A DNA stretch of 64,000 nt. It comes from a virus. Taxonomy: Duplodnaviria > Caudoviricetes. Below the pieces are notes generated by a model, which was given only the letters and a program-made list of their open reading frames with translations, ran no database searches and was not told where the DNA came from. A program made the translations under genes and the position numbers. Positions within the stretch are counted from its first letter, which is position 1. The number at the start of each line of letters is the position of its first letter. Where the stretch lies: IMG/VR virus record IMGVR_UViG_3300009701_000005, positions 1-64,000 of that record. One strand, written 5' to 3'. Shown here piece after piece: positions 42,075 to 51,446 of the stretch.

Positions 42075-42962
42075 ATGAGTAAAACATATATTTTATACCA
42101 TTCTCATTGCCTTGATGGTTCGGGAGCACGTTATGCAGCATGGGCGAAATTTAAAAACAATGCTGAATACATTCCCGTAAATTACAACCAACCTGTTCCC
42201 GAGTTAGAGCCAAATTCCAAAATTTTCATCCTGGATTTCAGCTACCCTAGGAACGTTTTAGAGGGCCTACAAGCCTCTGGACACAGTATCACAATACTAG
42301 ACCACCATAAGACCGCAGAAGAGGCTCTAAGGGGCTTCCCCGGAGCTTATTTCAATATGCAAAAAAGCGGAGCGGTTTTGTCGTGGGAGTTCTTCCACCC
42401 CAACACAGAAGTGCCTAAACTGTTACTGCATATCCAAGATCGGGATTTGTGGAAGTTTAACATTCCTGGAACTAAAGAAATAAACATGGCTATTCCTCTT
42501 ATGGAAGGGGATATGCTACTATGGAACGACGTTGTTATAGCTGATAAAGGGGCAAAATTACCGGCAGAACCTCTGTGGACCCTTGATAAGCTAGAGGCGG
42601 CAGGCACCGTTCTGGAGCAATCGAATCAGCAAAAAATCAAAGCAGCACTTAAATCCAAGATTAAGATAATCAAGTTCCTTGGGTACGAAATTGGAATTTG
42701 TAACACGGGGGAACTCAGCTCAGAAATATGTAATGCTATTTGTGAAAGCAAGGATTTGAACGTAGATTTTGCTGCTACGTACTGTATCACTCCAAAAGAT
42801 GAAATACTGTTCTCTTTACGTTCGGTAGGGGTAATGGATGTATCCAAAATTGCACAACGATTTGGGGGCGGGGGCCATCAAAACGCTAGCGGATTCAAAA
42901 CAGATTTACCAACTCTTATAAAAATTCTAGCAGGGGAATTGGGTGAAGTGTCAGCATTGTGA
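42075..42962 (+). CDS. DHH/DHHA1 phosphoesterase
   Basis: YHSHCLDG, ILDF, LDHH, SLRS, GGGGHQNASG. Confidence 0.88.
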   Translation: MSKTYILYHSHCLDGSGARYAAWAKFKNNAEYIPVNYNQPVPELEPNSKIFILDFSYPRNVLEGLQASGHSITILDHHKTAEEALRGFPGAYFNMQKSGAVLSWEFFHPNTEVPKLLLHIQDRDLWKFNIPGTKEINMAIPLMEGDMLLWNDVVIADKGAKLPAEPLWTLDKLEAAGTVLEQSNQQKIKAALKSKIKIIKFLGYEIGICNTGELSSEICNAICESKDLNVDFAATYCITPKDEILFSLRSVGVMDVSKIAQRFGGGGHQNASGFKTDLPTLIKILAGELGEVSAL

Positions 42963-43140
42963 TAGCAGCGAAGAGGGTTTAGCGTACCGTAAGTATTCAT
43001 GCTATTATTGTAAGGATACTGGGCAAGAAATACAACGAGCTATTGTAAGAGAAATAACGGTTAAGCCGTTACAATTGAAATTGAGAAATAGACTAAAAGA
43101 ATTATTAGAACAACATGACAGAAAAACACGAACAATTTGA
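42943..43140 (+). CDS. Small Zn-finger-like protein
   Basis: CQHC...CYYC. Confidence 0.55.
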   Translation: MKCQHCDSSEEGLAYRKYSCYYCKDTGQEIQRAIVREITVKPLQLKLRNRLKELLEQHDRKTRTI

Positions 43141-43675
43141 AAAACAACCACTAATTTTTGGGCAACTTAGCTGTGGTATGCCAGGTCTTAATGCGCGTTG
43201 GACCCCCTCCGATATGCACCAGGAATGTTTTTCTACGCAGAAATGGGATACTGACTGGGATCTAAATCGTAGAGTTCCAGGCACTTCAGACTTCCCTATT
43301 TTTAATGAGGATAAGACTCCTCTCAGCGATATTATCAAAACTGCCATCGAAAAAGCGGTTATTACAAAAACCGCCTTAGATCCCGAACCAGCACATACTT
43401 TCCTTGAAGAAGCTGTAACTACGATGAAGGCCCGTGCTGCTCTCCGTGACAAGGTGGAGGAGGGGGAGCGTAGTATGGCAACTATCGTCAGGGTTTTCAA
43501 TGCTCTCACCGGGTTAGAATTGACAGAAGCAGAAGGCTGGAGCTTCATGATCATTTTAAAGATGGTGCGAGGCCAACAAGGCTCTTATAACCGTGATGAT
43601 TATGTGGATATGGGTGCGTACGCAGCTTTGCTGGGGGAATGTGAAAGCAGTAATGCTGCCAGGAGAAAAACGTGA
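43115..43675 (+). CDS. DUF6378-like protein
   Basis: FNALTG...GWSFMIILKMVR...DDYVDMGAYAAL. Confidence 0.7.
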   Translation: MTEKHEQFEKQPLIFGQLSCGMPGLNARWTPSDMHQECFSTQKWDTDWDLNRRVPGTSDFPIFNEDKTPLSDIIKTAIEKAVITKTALDPEPAHTFLEEAVTTMKARAALRDKVEEGERSMATIVRVFNALTGLELTEAEGWSFMIILKMVRGQQGSYNRDDYVDMGAYAALLGECESSNAARRKT

Positions 43676-43841
43676 GAGGTGATCCTAATTGGCGAGAGCA
43701 TCTCAGCGTTGGCAGCATAGTCATAGCAGGAAATAACGATCATGCCTTCGTCGTAACAGCCATTGATGGTGATACGGTTACGGTCCGTCCCTAGGACGAT
43801 GAAGATGCAGATACTTTTCAAGTTAACATATCGGATTTGAA

Positions 43842-44180
43842 ATGATAAACGAAAACCTAAATGTTGTATACGAACCCTTTATCCCGGGAGTAACATTCGA
43901 CTCAAGACCTATAGAAAATCTGGGTCAAAACGTTTCCGGTATTAACAGAAATATCTTCCCTAAAGCCCCTTTTTCGGAAGTGAAATGGCGTTTGGAAAAT
44001 ATCCTGGTCGAAGCTAAAAGATCCCTGGACGTTTTAACATTACACAACCGTATTGTCGGTAAACAGCACCTAGCTTTGAATAAGTTAGGAATGCTCATTA
44101 TTGACATCAAAGCCACACTGGCCTCTATCGAAGAACAAGTACAAAAGGAACTAACTAATGACAACGCTAACACAATCTAA
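43842..44180 (+). CDS. Hypothetical protein
   Basis: 112-aa ORF. Confidence 0.65.
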   Translation: MINENLNVVYEPFIPGVTFDSRPIENLGQNVSGINRNIFPKAPFSEVKWRLENILVEAKRSLDVLTLHNRIVGKQHLALNKLGMLIIDIKATLASIEEQVQKELTNDNANTI

Positions 44181-44895
44181 ATTTGAAGAAATGGTGGCTA
44201 TGCAAGAAGCCATGAACAGTAGGGTCATTAAAGACTGGCGTAGTCAAAATTATGCCTGGAAAGATGCTATCTGGACCGAGGCTGCAGAGGCTTTTGGCCA
44301 TTTGAAATTTGAATGGTGGAAGAATCAAGGTAGTCCTATTAACTACGAAGCCGTTAAACTGGAATTGATAGATATTTGGCATTTCCTCTTAAGTGAGATT
44401 ATGTCCAAAGAAGACTTGATTAAACAGGATAAAGGGTACGATTCCCTTTACAGTTTTGTTAAAGACGTTATTGAATTTTCGGAATCTTTTAATGAATCAC
44501 TGTTTAAATTTGACAAACTTGATTTCCAAAAAAGAGCGCTACGATTTATTGTAGAAGGTGCGGCAGGTCTGGATGGAGAAAAGAGCCCTTCAGGAGGTGT
44601 CGGCCACATACTTGGGGGATTCTATCTTTCGCTCCGTGCTTTTGACGTTTCTTGGGATGACCTATATAAAGGGTATATCGGTAAAAACACTTTGAACCGG
44701 TTCCGACAAGATCATGGATACAAAACAGATACTGCCTCTTACAAATCTACGTGGTATCCAGAAGAAGATAACGATCATTTGACGATTATAGTCAACTCCC
44801 TGGACGTAGATTCACCGTCTTTTAAAGAAGACATTTACGCAAAGCTGGAAGATATTTGGAACTATAAAAATGAACCGAAAAAAGCTGTTGCTTGA
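44158..44895 (+). CDS. dut: Dimeric all-alpha dUTPase
   Basis: EAAEAFGH, WWK, LELIDIWHF, YIGKNTLNRFRQDHGY. Confidence 0.88.
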   Translation: MTTLTQSKFEEMVAMQEAMNSRVIKDWRSQNYAWKDAIWTEAAEAFGHLKFEWWKNQGSPINYEAVKLELIDIWHFLLSEIMSKEDLIKQDKGYDSLYSFVKDVIEFSESFNESLFKFDKLDFQKRALRFIVEGAAGLDGEKSPSGGVGHILGGFYLSLRAFDVSWDDLYKGYIGKNTLNRFRQDHGYKTDTASYKSTWYPEEDNDHLTIIVNSLDVDSPSFKEDIYAKLEDIWNYKNEPKKAVA

Positions 44896-45151
44896 ACTTG
44901 ATGTAGATACTGAATCTCTGTGGAGTGACGATCTTGATGCGGAGGTTTTTATAACAAATTTGACTCACCCTGACCTAGCCGGGTCTTTGAAAATTTCATC
45001 CTCTAGCGAGGTCTTGAACATGAAACACCTGGAACAGTTAAAAAATACTAGTAGTTCCGCAGCTCAACCAAATCTTATTGATGAAATTATGGGTAAGGCG
45101 GGTAAATTAGTTTCTGGCGTTTCAGAATTGAAACAGGTATTAAAGAGTTAG
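44870..45151 (+). CDS. Hypothetical protein
   Basis: Last + strand gene. Confidence 0.65.
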   Translation: MNRKKLLLELDVDTESLWSDDLDAEVFITNLTHPDLAGSLKISSSSEVLNMKHLEQLKNTSSSAAQPNLIDEIMGKAGKLVSGVSELKQVLKS

Positions 45152-45160
45152 CATGATAAG

Positions 45161-45192
45161 AAAGACTTTGCTAGGCTAGGCACAGTCTTTTT
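45161..45192. terminator. Terminator between convergent gene blocks
   Basis: aagact-ttgc...gca-c-agtctt then T tract. Confidence 0.6.
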
Positions 45193-45196
45193 TAGC

Positions 45197-45466
45197 TTAA
45201 TCACTAAGAACATTTGAACTACCGCCGGTAATTACTGCCCCACAACCTGCTACGTCACCCACTCTTAGCACATACTCATCGTTTGTTTTAGTAGCAGATG
45301 AAGTAGAGGTAACTGCAGTAGTGCCGTGGCCTGAAATTGGGCACTGGTGAAGATTGCCAGAAACGCAAATAGCTTCCCCATTAGCTTTCCCTAACCCGGT
45401 GGCTGTTATCATAACCCCTCCATGACTGCTACTATCTCCCAACCGAACCATTCCCAATAACGACAT
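45197..45466 (-). CDS. PAAR-domain tail spike tip protein
   Basis: RLGDSSSHGG, GNLHQCPISGHG, RVGDVAGCGAVI. Confidence 0.88.
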   Translation of the reverse strand: MSLLGMVRLGDSSSHGGVMITATGLGKANGEAICVSGNLHQCPISGHGTTAVTSTSSATKTNDEYVLRVGDVAGCGAVITGGSSNVLSD

Positions 45467-45468
45467 AA

Positions 45469-45933
45469 TTAATCCGAAGTTGAAAGTCCGCCAGCACCCA
45501 AATTGTTAGGGTAGCCAGGGTTGGTAGTGCTGTTGTAAATATCTGGTAATTCTGTATTAGCTAATCTAGTTGAAGAGCGGATAATTGTAAAAAACCCTTT
45601 AGCTAACATAATTCTGGCACTGTTAGGGGCAATTAAAACTAAATTGTATATGCCTTGATGCCAATTAGTGTTTTGAGTATCCGAATACGCTACGTACCAG
45701 TCAATGGTGCCCTGAGCGGCTCCTAGAACTAATCCTCCATCGGGACCACTGGTATATGTGAGTTTTGTACCGGGATCGTTAACGCCTGCATACATGTTGC
45801 GAACTTGTATTTCCGCCCTGTAACCAGTAAGATTCATAGGTAAACTGGTGGAAGGATCATTGTAGATAAATTGAGTAGAGAAATCTGACTCCTCTTGAAT
45901 TTCTACATTAAAGTTTTGTAAATAAAAAGTCAT
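45469..45933 (-). CDS. Baseplate upper-protein-like beta domain
   Basis: PMNLTGYRAEIQVR, GTIDW, GIYNLVLI pattern. Confidence 0.55.
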   Translation of the reverse strand: MTFYLQNFNVEIQEESDFSTQFIYNDPSTSLPMNLTGYRAEIQVRNMYAGVNDPGTKLTYTSGPDGGLVLGAAQGTIDWYVAYSDTQNTNWHQGIYNLVLIAPNSARIMLAKGFFTIIRSSTRLANTELPDIYNSTTNPGYPNNLGAGGLSTSD

Positions 45934-46036
45934 ATTCTTTGTTTTGCCCCTGTTCCACCTAATATAATAAAAGCGATTGCCAAGATTAGATTTCTCATGT
46001 CTTTTGGCAATCGCCTTCGACTTCGTGTTTTATTCA

Positions 46037-46555
46037 TTATTCGTTTGTTGCTTCTGCCGCTGCCATTAGTCTATCCACTTCTGCTTTAGCAACAGCTTCT
46101 CTTTTTTTAGCTTCTTCATAAGTTTTACGGTCTTCTTCGGCTTTTGCTTTAGCCATTTCAAGCTCTTGATATCTGCCCTCAGCAGTGTATCTTTTCAAAG
46201 CTCCGACTACGGCTTTAAACAGATAGTCTTTGGATTTTTGTTCAGGAGGTAGCTCGTCGTAAGGTACGCAACAAGGATGGGTTCTCTTTTCTTCATCTTT
46301 AACATCCCCATAAGTCCAACCTTCTGCTTGTTTAACTGCCAACCACGAATCGTGATTAGCTGATGGAGGGGCTTCAGGATTGTTTAAACAAAATTTAACT
46401 CCTTGTTTAGCAGAGTGTTTTTGCCATTCTGGAGCTGATTCCCAAGTAACTTGACTTACATCTCCAATAGATTCGCAGTAAGATCTATTTACATTATGTG
46501 CAACTCGGGCAACTTCTTCGATAGTCAAATGGATAACAGCATTTTCAGTAGTCAT
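46037..46555 (-). CDS. RyR-domain protein with C-terminal coiled coil
   Basis: HDSWLAVKQAEGWTYG...KRTHPCCVPYDELPPEQKSKD. Confidence 0.8.
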   Translation of the reverse strand: MTTENAVIHLTIEEVARVAHNVNRSYCESIGDVSQVTWESAPEWQKHSAKQGVKFCLNNPEAPPSANHDSWLAVKQAEGWTYGDVKDEEKRTHPCCVPYDELPPEQKSKDYLFKAVVGALKRYTAEGRYQELEMAKAKAEEDRKTYEEAKKREAVAKAEVDRLMAAAEATNE

Positions 46556-46571
46556 TGTAATAGATTCCTTT

Positions 46572-46952
46572 TCATTTTAAGGTACTATTATCTCCTGCCG
46601 CGCCGCTACTGTCAACTCTCTTATTGAAAGTATCTATTCCTTTATTGACAGAATTTAATCCACCCCACAGCCCTGCGTATATACCGAAATACATCTCAGT
46701 TAAACCGTTATGCATTATTAGGTAAATAAAACCGAAACTTGTAACGAGCATTGCTACCAACTGACCTAACTTATAAAGACTAGCCCTATTAGTTACTGGG
46801 TCCATTAGGAAGTCTTTTGCATCAAATAGATTATTGCCTTTATGAGCACGGTAAATAGCCCATAAAAAAACTAGTATCCCCAATAGGAGGAATACTGGGA
46901 GTTTTTCCATAACTGTCAAAGGTGCTAAAAACGCAATTATACTATTAAGCAT
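46572..46952 (-). CDS. Multi-TM membrane protein, holin-like
   Basis: Three hydrophobic segments; adjacent to endolysin. Confidence 0.55.
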   Translation of the reverse strand: MLNSIIAFLAPLTVMEKLPVFLLLGILVFLWAIYRAHKGNNLFDAKDFLMDPVTNRASLYKLGQLVAMLVTSFGFIYLIMHNGLTEMYFGIYAGLWGGLNSVNKGIDTFNKRVDSSGAAGDNSTLK

Positions 46953-47397
46953 TTGCGGAGTCCGGGGTACTAAATTCGCCAGCTTCTGCTAAACGTCTAC
47001 GTAAAAGACCTGCCACTTCCTTGCCGCCAGCATGGTCCCAGACCTGAAATTGCTCAATGCAAGCCTCAAAATTTCCCGCGTTAAGGTCTTTAAGTAAAGT
47101 CGAGGATTCAAAATTACCTTCCCCCAGATTGAATACGAAGTCCACCAGGGCGTTAAATTCGTTTTGGGTAAGCTGGATTGTAACTAAGCGATTGACGGCG
47201 TTTACGGCCGTTTGAACGTCTTCCAGGAGCCATTGATTGGCTTGGTCTTGGGTGCAGGTCATGCCCATGCTGACACCCTTAGTATGGCCATACCCAATAG
47301 TGGGGACGCCTACCGAATCCAAATAGGCTGAAAGACGAAGTCCTTCGAATTGTTCCGTCAGATTTTCACCCGACTGAGTATATTGCATTTCAGTCAT
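46945..47397 (-). CDS. Endolysin, GH24 lysozyme
   Basis: FEGLRLSAYLDSVGVPTIGYGHT; GLLRRRLAE. Confidence 0.92.
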   Translation of the reverse strand: MTEMQYTQSGENLTEQFEGLRLSAYLDSVGVPTIGYGHTKGVSMGMTCTQDQANQWLLEDVQTAVNAVNRLVTIQLTQNEFNALVDFVFNLGEGNFESSTLLKDLNAGNFEACIEQFQVWDHAGGKEVAGLLRRRLAEAGEFSTPDSANA

Positions 47398-47747
47398 GCT
47401 GCTCTTTCTACTGTTTTAGGCTTCCACGTACCTACCCAATATTGGTGAAGGAAATCATGAAGGCTCATGCTTAAACTAAAGACTATTACTGCTAAAAAGA
47501 TAAAATCTATTGATAACGCGCTAGATAGGTATATAGGTAAATCGGATACCATAAGAGTTGCTGATCCTAGAAATCCTATACTTAGCAATGAAAATATATA
47601 CTTACAAAATATATCTACTATCTGCCTAGATCTACAAAGATCTATTGCTGATCCTAGTGAAACACATCCTAGAATAGCAAATGTTGCAAAATCTTTAAAT
47701 AAATTTCCATTACTTAATATGGATATAACGTTAGTTAGAATGCTCAT
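47394..47747 (-). CDS. Three-TM membrane protein (holin/antiholin candidate)
   Basis: Likely start MSILTNV; hydrophobic helices. Confidence 0.6.
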   Translation of the reverse strand: MSILTNVISILSNGNLFKDFATFAILGCVSLGSAIDLCRSRQIVDIFCKYIFSLLSIGFLGSATLMVSDLPIYLSSALSIDFIFLAVIVFSLSMSLHDFLHQYWVGTWKPKTVERAA

Positions 47748-48126
47748 CTTTATTAGAATCCGAGTGTTTAGTTTGTTCAGGCCCAATTGCCCTATCTACT
47801 ATCCTATCCAACGTAGATACTCCACGCTTTTCCAGAAATTGGAAAACGCTTTTTAGTATTGCGACTCCAAAAGTTCCTAAGAACCAAGATAATGCTACAA
47901 CACCTTCTATACCGGTGATGTTAAAACGTTGGGCCAGATAGGGGCCCACGAATATGCTTAATGAAGCCCCTGTTACAGCCATAGATAAAGCGTGTAAAAA
48001 TGTAATTCGCCCTTTATCAGCTAAGGCTAATATGGGCACAATACTTCCGGCGATTCCTGAGAAAATAGACCAGATTTTAGTAGCAGAGAAATATGCTGCT
48101 ACTGAGATAGATGCCGGTTCTGTCAT
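47731..48126 (-). CDS. Holin-like membrane protein
   Basis: Three TM helices, charged C-terminus. Confidence 0.65.
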   Translation of the reverse strand: MTEPASISVAAYFSATKIWSIFSGIAGSIVPILALADKGRITFLHALSMAVTGASLSIFVGPYLAQRFNITGIEGVVALSWFLGTFGVAILKSVFQFLEKRGVSTLDRIVDRAIGPEQTKHSDSNKDEHSN

Positions 48127-48162
48127 TTACTACCCTTTTTCAAAATATACATTTATTTTAAA

Positions 48163-48600
48163 CTAGGCAGGTATTTCCGGCCATACCAAATTCATGGGAT
48201 CCGCCTGTTTCGTAATATCTCTTAATGCTTGAATATATTGTAAAATTGGGACTACGTTTTCCGTAACATTTAACCCTAAAGCGAGCTCGTCATAGTGCCT
48301 CTCAACTCTCCACCGTATTTGGCTTATCAAGTTATTACGGAATTGTCTAACCTCTTGCCAAACCATGTCTTTCAACCCGTTCTTGCAAACATCTATATCA
48401 TCGGCCGATATTCCTACTTCTAAAGCTTGTGGCTCTGTAAGAAATCCTTTATTTACATGGCCTGCCCAGCTCAAGTCGGATAAAGCCTCCCCCATGCCTT
48501 CATTCAAACCTGAGATGTTTTCCCAAGTTTGGGGTAAAGGGCCGATCTGCAAAATTTTCTTTTCTGCTTTATCTATTAAGTAATAAATTGTTTGAGGCAT
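48163..48600 (-). CDS. Tail fibre assembly chaperone
   Basis: VRQFRNNLI...RWRVERH...YIQALRDITKQ...WPEIP. Confidence 0.8.
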   Translation of the reverse strand: MPQTIYYLIDKAEKKILQIGPLPQTWENISGLNEGMGEALSDLSWAGHVNKGFLTEPQALEVGISADDIDVCKNGLKDMVWQEVRQFRNNLISQIRWRVERHYDELALGLNVTENVVPILQYIQALRDITKQADPMNLVWPEIPA

Positions 48601-49388
48601 TAATAGCTCTGTACATTGGTAATGGTTACTGCCCCTCCTGGCGGAACGTTTATAGCAACTCCAGTAGGTGTATAAGAAATAGCTACGGGAGTAGGTTGTA
48701 CCGTAACTCCAGGTTGTCCCCCAGTAGTTCCAGGGAAATTAACCCCAAGCACAGTCACTGAAGAACTAGGAGGTCCAACAACAATTGGGGAATACACTGC
48801 AACCCCAGGCACAATAGGGGTGTAGTAAGGTTCCCCTCCGGTTTGCGGAGAGTATACAGCTTTTGCAGGAGTTACCAAGGTTGAAACGTAAGTTCCCCAA
48901 GTTTCATAGAAATAGAATGTAACTCCCGGATACCTAGAATCTGTAAACGGGGTAATAGGAAACGACTCCAGAGGGGACGGGGTGGAATTAGTTATGTCCT
49001 GACTGGTGTTATAAGTTTCATAAGTATAGGTTAAAGATGGCGGATACGCAAACAACACAAACGGGGAAGTATTAACTCCGTTAACCGCTAAGCTAGGATT
49101 ACGTCCCCATATTTGGTATTGAATACTTACAGTTGTGCTATACACCGCAGGAGTATACGAAATCAATTGTGGAGGAACAATAGGAGTGTACTCTAGATTA
49201 CCTCCTGTTGAAGGAGTAGTGTACAAATACTCTCCCCCGGTATTTGCTCCTCCTGGAGCCCCCGTTCCACCTACTAGAAATTTAGTTTTACCGTAAACGG
49301 GAACATACGTACTATTTGAATAAAAATACACGGTACCCACAGTTGGTGGATTAGTTCTCTCCCTACGTAGAAGTTTTGCAATAGCCAT
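48600..49388 (-). CDS. Tail-fibre-associated P/T/Y-rich protein
   Basis: Position before chaperone; repeated Y(S/T)P motifs. Confidence 0.5.
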   Translation of the reverse strand: MAIAKLLRRERTNPPTVGTVYFYSNSTYVPVYGKTKFLVGGTGAPGGANTGGEYLYTTPSTGGNLEYTPIVPPQLISYTPAVYSTTVSIQYQIWGRNPSLAVNGVNTSPFVLFAYPPSLTYTYETYNTSQDITNSTPSPLESFPITPFTDSRYPGVTFYFYETWGTYVSTLVTPAKAVYSPQTGGEPYYTPIVPGVAVYSPIVVGPPSSSVTVLGVNFPGTTGGQPGVTVQPTPVAISYTPTGVAINVPPGGAVTITNVQSY

Positions 49389-49405
49389 TAAGCCTCCTCT
49401 TCCAA

Positions 49406-50560
49406 TTATTGAGCATTAGCAATAGCTAAGCTCATTACGAACGTAGTACCACCATCATCAGTATACCCAGTCCACACATCCATAGCATTAGCAGTAGTAG
49501 TACGCGGAGGGAGAATGCCTCCGGCATATTTACAATTAGTAGGCCATGCAACAGAATATCCCGGAGTAGAATTATTTACAGTTATAACCGTAAACGAGAA
49601 AATGTTATTACCCGTAGGCACATTGGTAAATGAGAAGGTAGTATTGGCAGCAATAGTAACTTTATAGGCACCTGCTACTGACCAATCTAAAGTAGTGGAA
49701 GCAGTATTAGCGGAAATAGTGTTTTTAACATCTATTTGGTTGACCATAGAAATTTGATTGACTGCTAACAGCCCGGTGGCAGTGCCGTTGTTTACGTTAA
49801 TCTTTGTAGGATCAGATGGGGGTGAAGTGACTTCCGCCAAAATCTGTGTAAACAGAGAATTATTACTTTGTAAGATTTCAAATTGGTCGCCAACGCTAGG
49901 CACAAATGGCAATACTGTTGACCACGAAATAGTGTTTGTAGCCGTAGAACTGACCATACGGCAATACCCAGTACATACCCCAGTTGTAAATTGAATAATG
50001 TATTCCCCGGGAATAGCTGTTCCCAAAGTAGTTCCAGTTGCAGCCGTGATGCTGAACGAAGCCACTCCTGTTATTGTTCCAGTGTATTTAGTGGTAGTAT
50101 GACTTGAAAAACTCCACAAGGAGCTAGTATTTTTGAATGCAATAATGGGGTTGCCGCCATCGTCGTTAGTATGGCAAATATACGAATTAGCATTGCTGAT
50201 TGAAGGTGGGCTTAGCACGTCTACGCTAGAAACATCGTATAAACGATCAATGTACCTTGCAAACCCTGCTAATGTACCAGCAGTAACCCGGCATTCTATA
50301 ACAGCGCCAACTGGAAAACTACTTGGAGAAGTATTCTCTTGAGCCCTTAAAATACCAGAGAAAACATTACCCGAAACAGCAGTAACTGCTATAATTTCAG
50401 TTAAGCCCGCATAGACTAACGTAGCTAAAAAGAATTGGCCGGTTCCCGGGGAAGGAAATCCAACCGAACTTGTTACGGTAATAGAGGTGTCTGTGGAACC
50501 TACAGCATTAGCAACCGTAGTCGAAGCATTATTGGCGTATAATTGTTGATAAATAGTCAT
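49406..50560 (-). CDS. Tail fibre / baseplate protein
   Basis: Beta-rich multi-domain T/S/V protein in tail cluster. Confidence 0.6.
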   Translation of the reverse strand: MTIYQQLYANNASTTVANAVGSTDTSITVTSSVGFPSPGTGQFFLATLVYAGLTEIIAVTAVSGNVFSGILRAQENTSPSSFPVGAVIECRVTAGTLAGFARYIDRLYDVSSVDVLSPPSISNANSYICHTNDDGGNPIIAFKNTSSLWSFSSHTTTKYTGTITGVASFSITAATGTTLGTAIPGEYIIQFTTGVCTGYCRMVSSTATNTISWSTVLPFVPSVGDQFEILQSNNSLFTQILAEVTSPPSDPTKINVNNGTATGLLAVNQISMVNQIDVKNTISANTASTTLDWSVAGAYKVTIAANTTFSFTNVPTGNNIFSFTVITVNNSTPGYSVAWPTNCKYAGGILPPRTTTANAMDVWTGYTDDGGTTFVMSLAIANAQ

Positions 50561-50562
50561 GG

Positions 50563-50931
50563 TTACGTTATGTTAGTTATTGTAGTATTGGTTCCAGCAG
50601 TTTCAAAAGCTGAGCTTAAAGCTTGAACTTCAGCAATTATACAATTTTTGACCTGCGTTAATTTAGAAGAAGGTATATTAGATATTACACCTTTAGTATA
50701 TTTTACAAAACGATTTCCAAATACGGGGGTAACCGGAGTTCCAGAAAAGGTTTGGAATCGTTGGTATTCTTGTAAATTACAAACGCCTTGATATTGTCCT
50801 AATTCTGAAGTACCGGTATTGGTCCAAGTAAAAATATCCCGAGGTAAAGTCCCTCCGGGCAATAAACTAGCAGTTATTTGCCAAGTTCCATCTGATCCTA
50901 TATTTTCTACTATTTGTAATGAACTACTCAT
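50563..50931 (-). CDS. Virion structural protein (putative)
   Basis: Context. Confidence 0.55.
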   Translation of the reverse strand: MSSSLQIVENIGSDGTWQITASLLPGGTLPRDIFTWTNTGTSELGQYQGVCNLQEYQRFQTFSGTPVTPVFGNRFVKYTKGVISNIPSSKLTQVKNCIIAEVQALSSAFETAGTNTTITNIT

Positions 50932-50952
50932 ATACCTCTTTCCTCGTCTCTG

Positions 50953-51432
50953 TTAAGCTATCTGTATAGTCCAGTTAAAGTACAAAGAAAATTCAGAGGT
51001 TTTTGGTATACCCGGAAAAGTCTTGATATTAAACATCAATCCAGAAGTTTTAAACAATCCTGCTTCATTAATAAGTGAGCCATTGCCGGTACCTTCATCC
51101 AGAGTAGCTAAGAAAGTTACGGAGGGCACGGAAGTGTTCGTAGTATACGAAGTTGGTACACTTAATAGGTATGCATACAATGCTGATGCTAAATTAGTAG
51201 GTGATTTAGGATAAAGCCCCGCCGGATCAATTGTTCCGCCAGTTCCTACTTGAAGAGTATTTACCGGATCAGCAGTCAAAGTGTTACTGTAAACCGATTG
51301 TAACACCACATTCTTTGCAGCCAAAGTAATGAGGTTAGGTTCCTCGGTGAAAACAGTTTCCTCAGTACCGTTTTTGTACTTCTTGTATATACTTAAATGG
51401 CCTTTTAAAGGCAGTTTGCTTGTAATTTCCAT
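50953..51432 (-). CDS. Baseplate wedge / tail fibre attachment protein
   Basis: LQVGTGG and INEAGLF motifs. Confidence 0.65.
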   Translation of the reverse strand: MEITSKLPLKGHLSIYKKYKNGTEETVFTEEPNLITLAAKNVVLQSVYSNTLTADPVNTLQVGTGGTIDPAGLYPKSPTNLASALYAYLLSVPTSYTTNTSVPSVTFLATLDEGTGNGSLINEAGLFKTSGLMFNIKTFPGIPKTSEFSLYFNWTIQIA

Positions 51433-51446
51433 GTCTATATTTTAAG

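Noticed and set aside
43105-43554. Alternative + frame 149-aa ORF
   Set aside because: Fully overlaps the DUF6378-like gene in another frame and has no recognisable motif.
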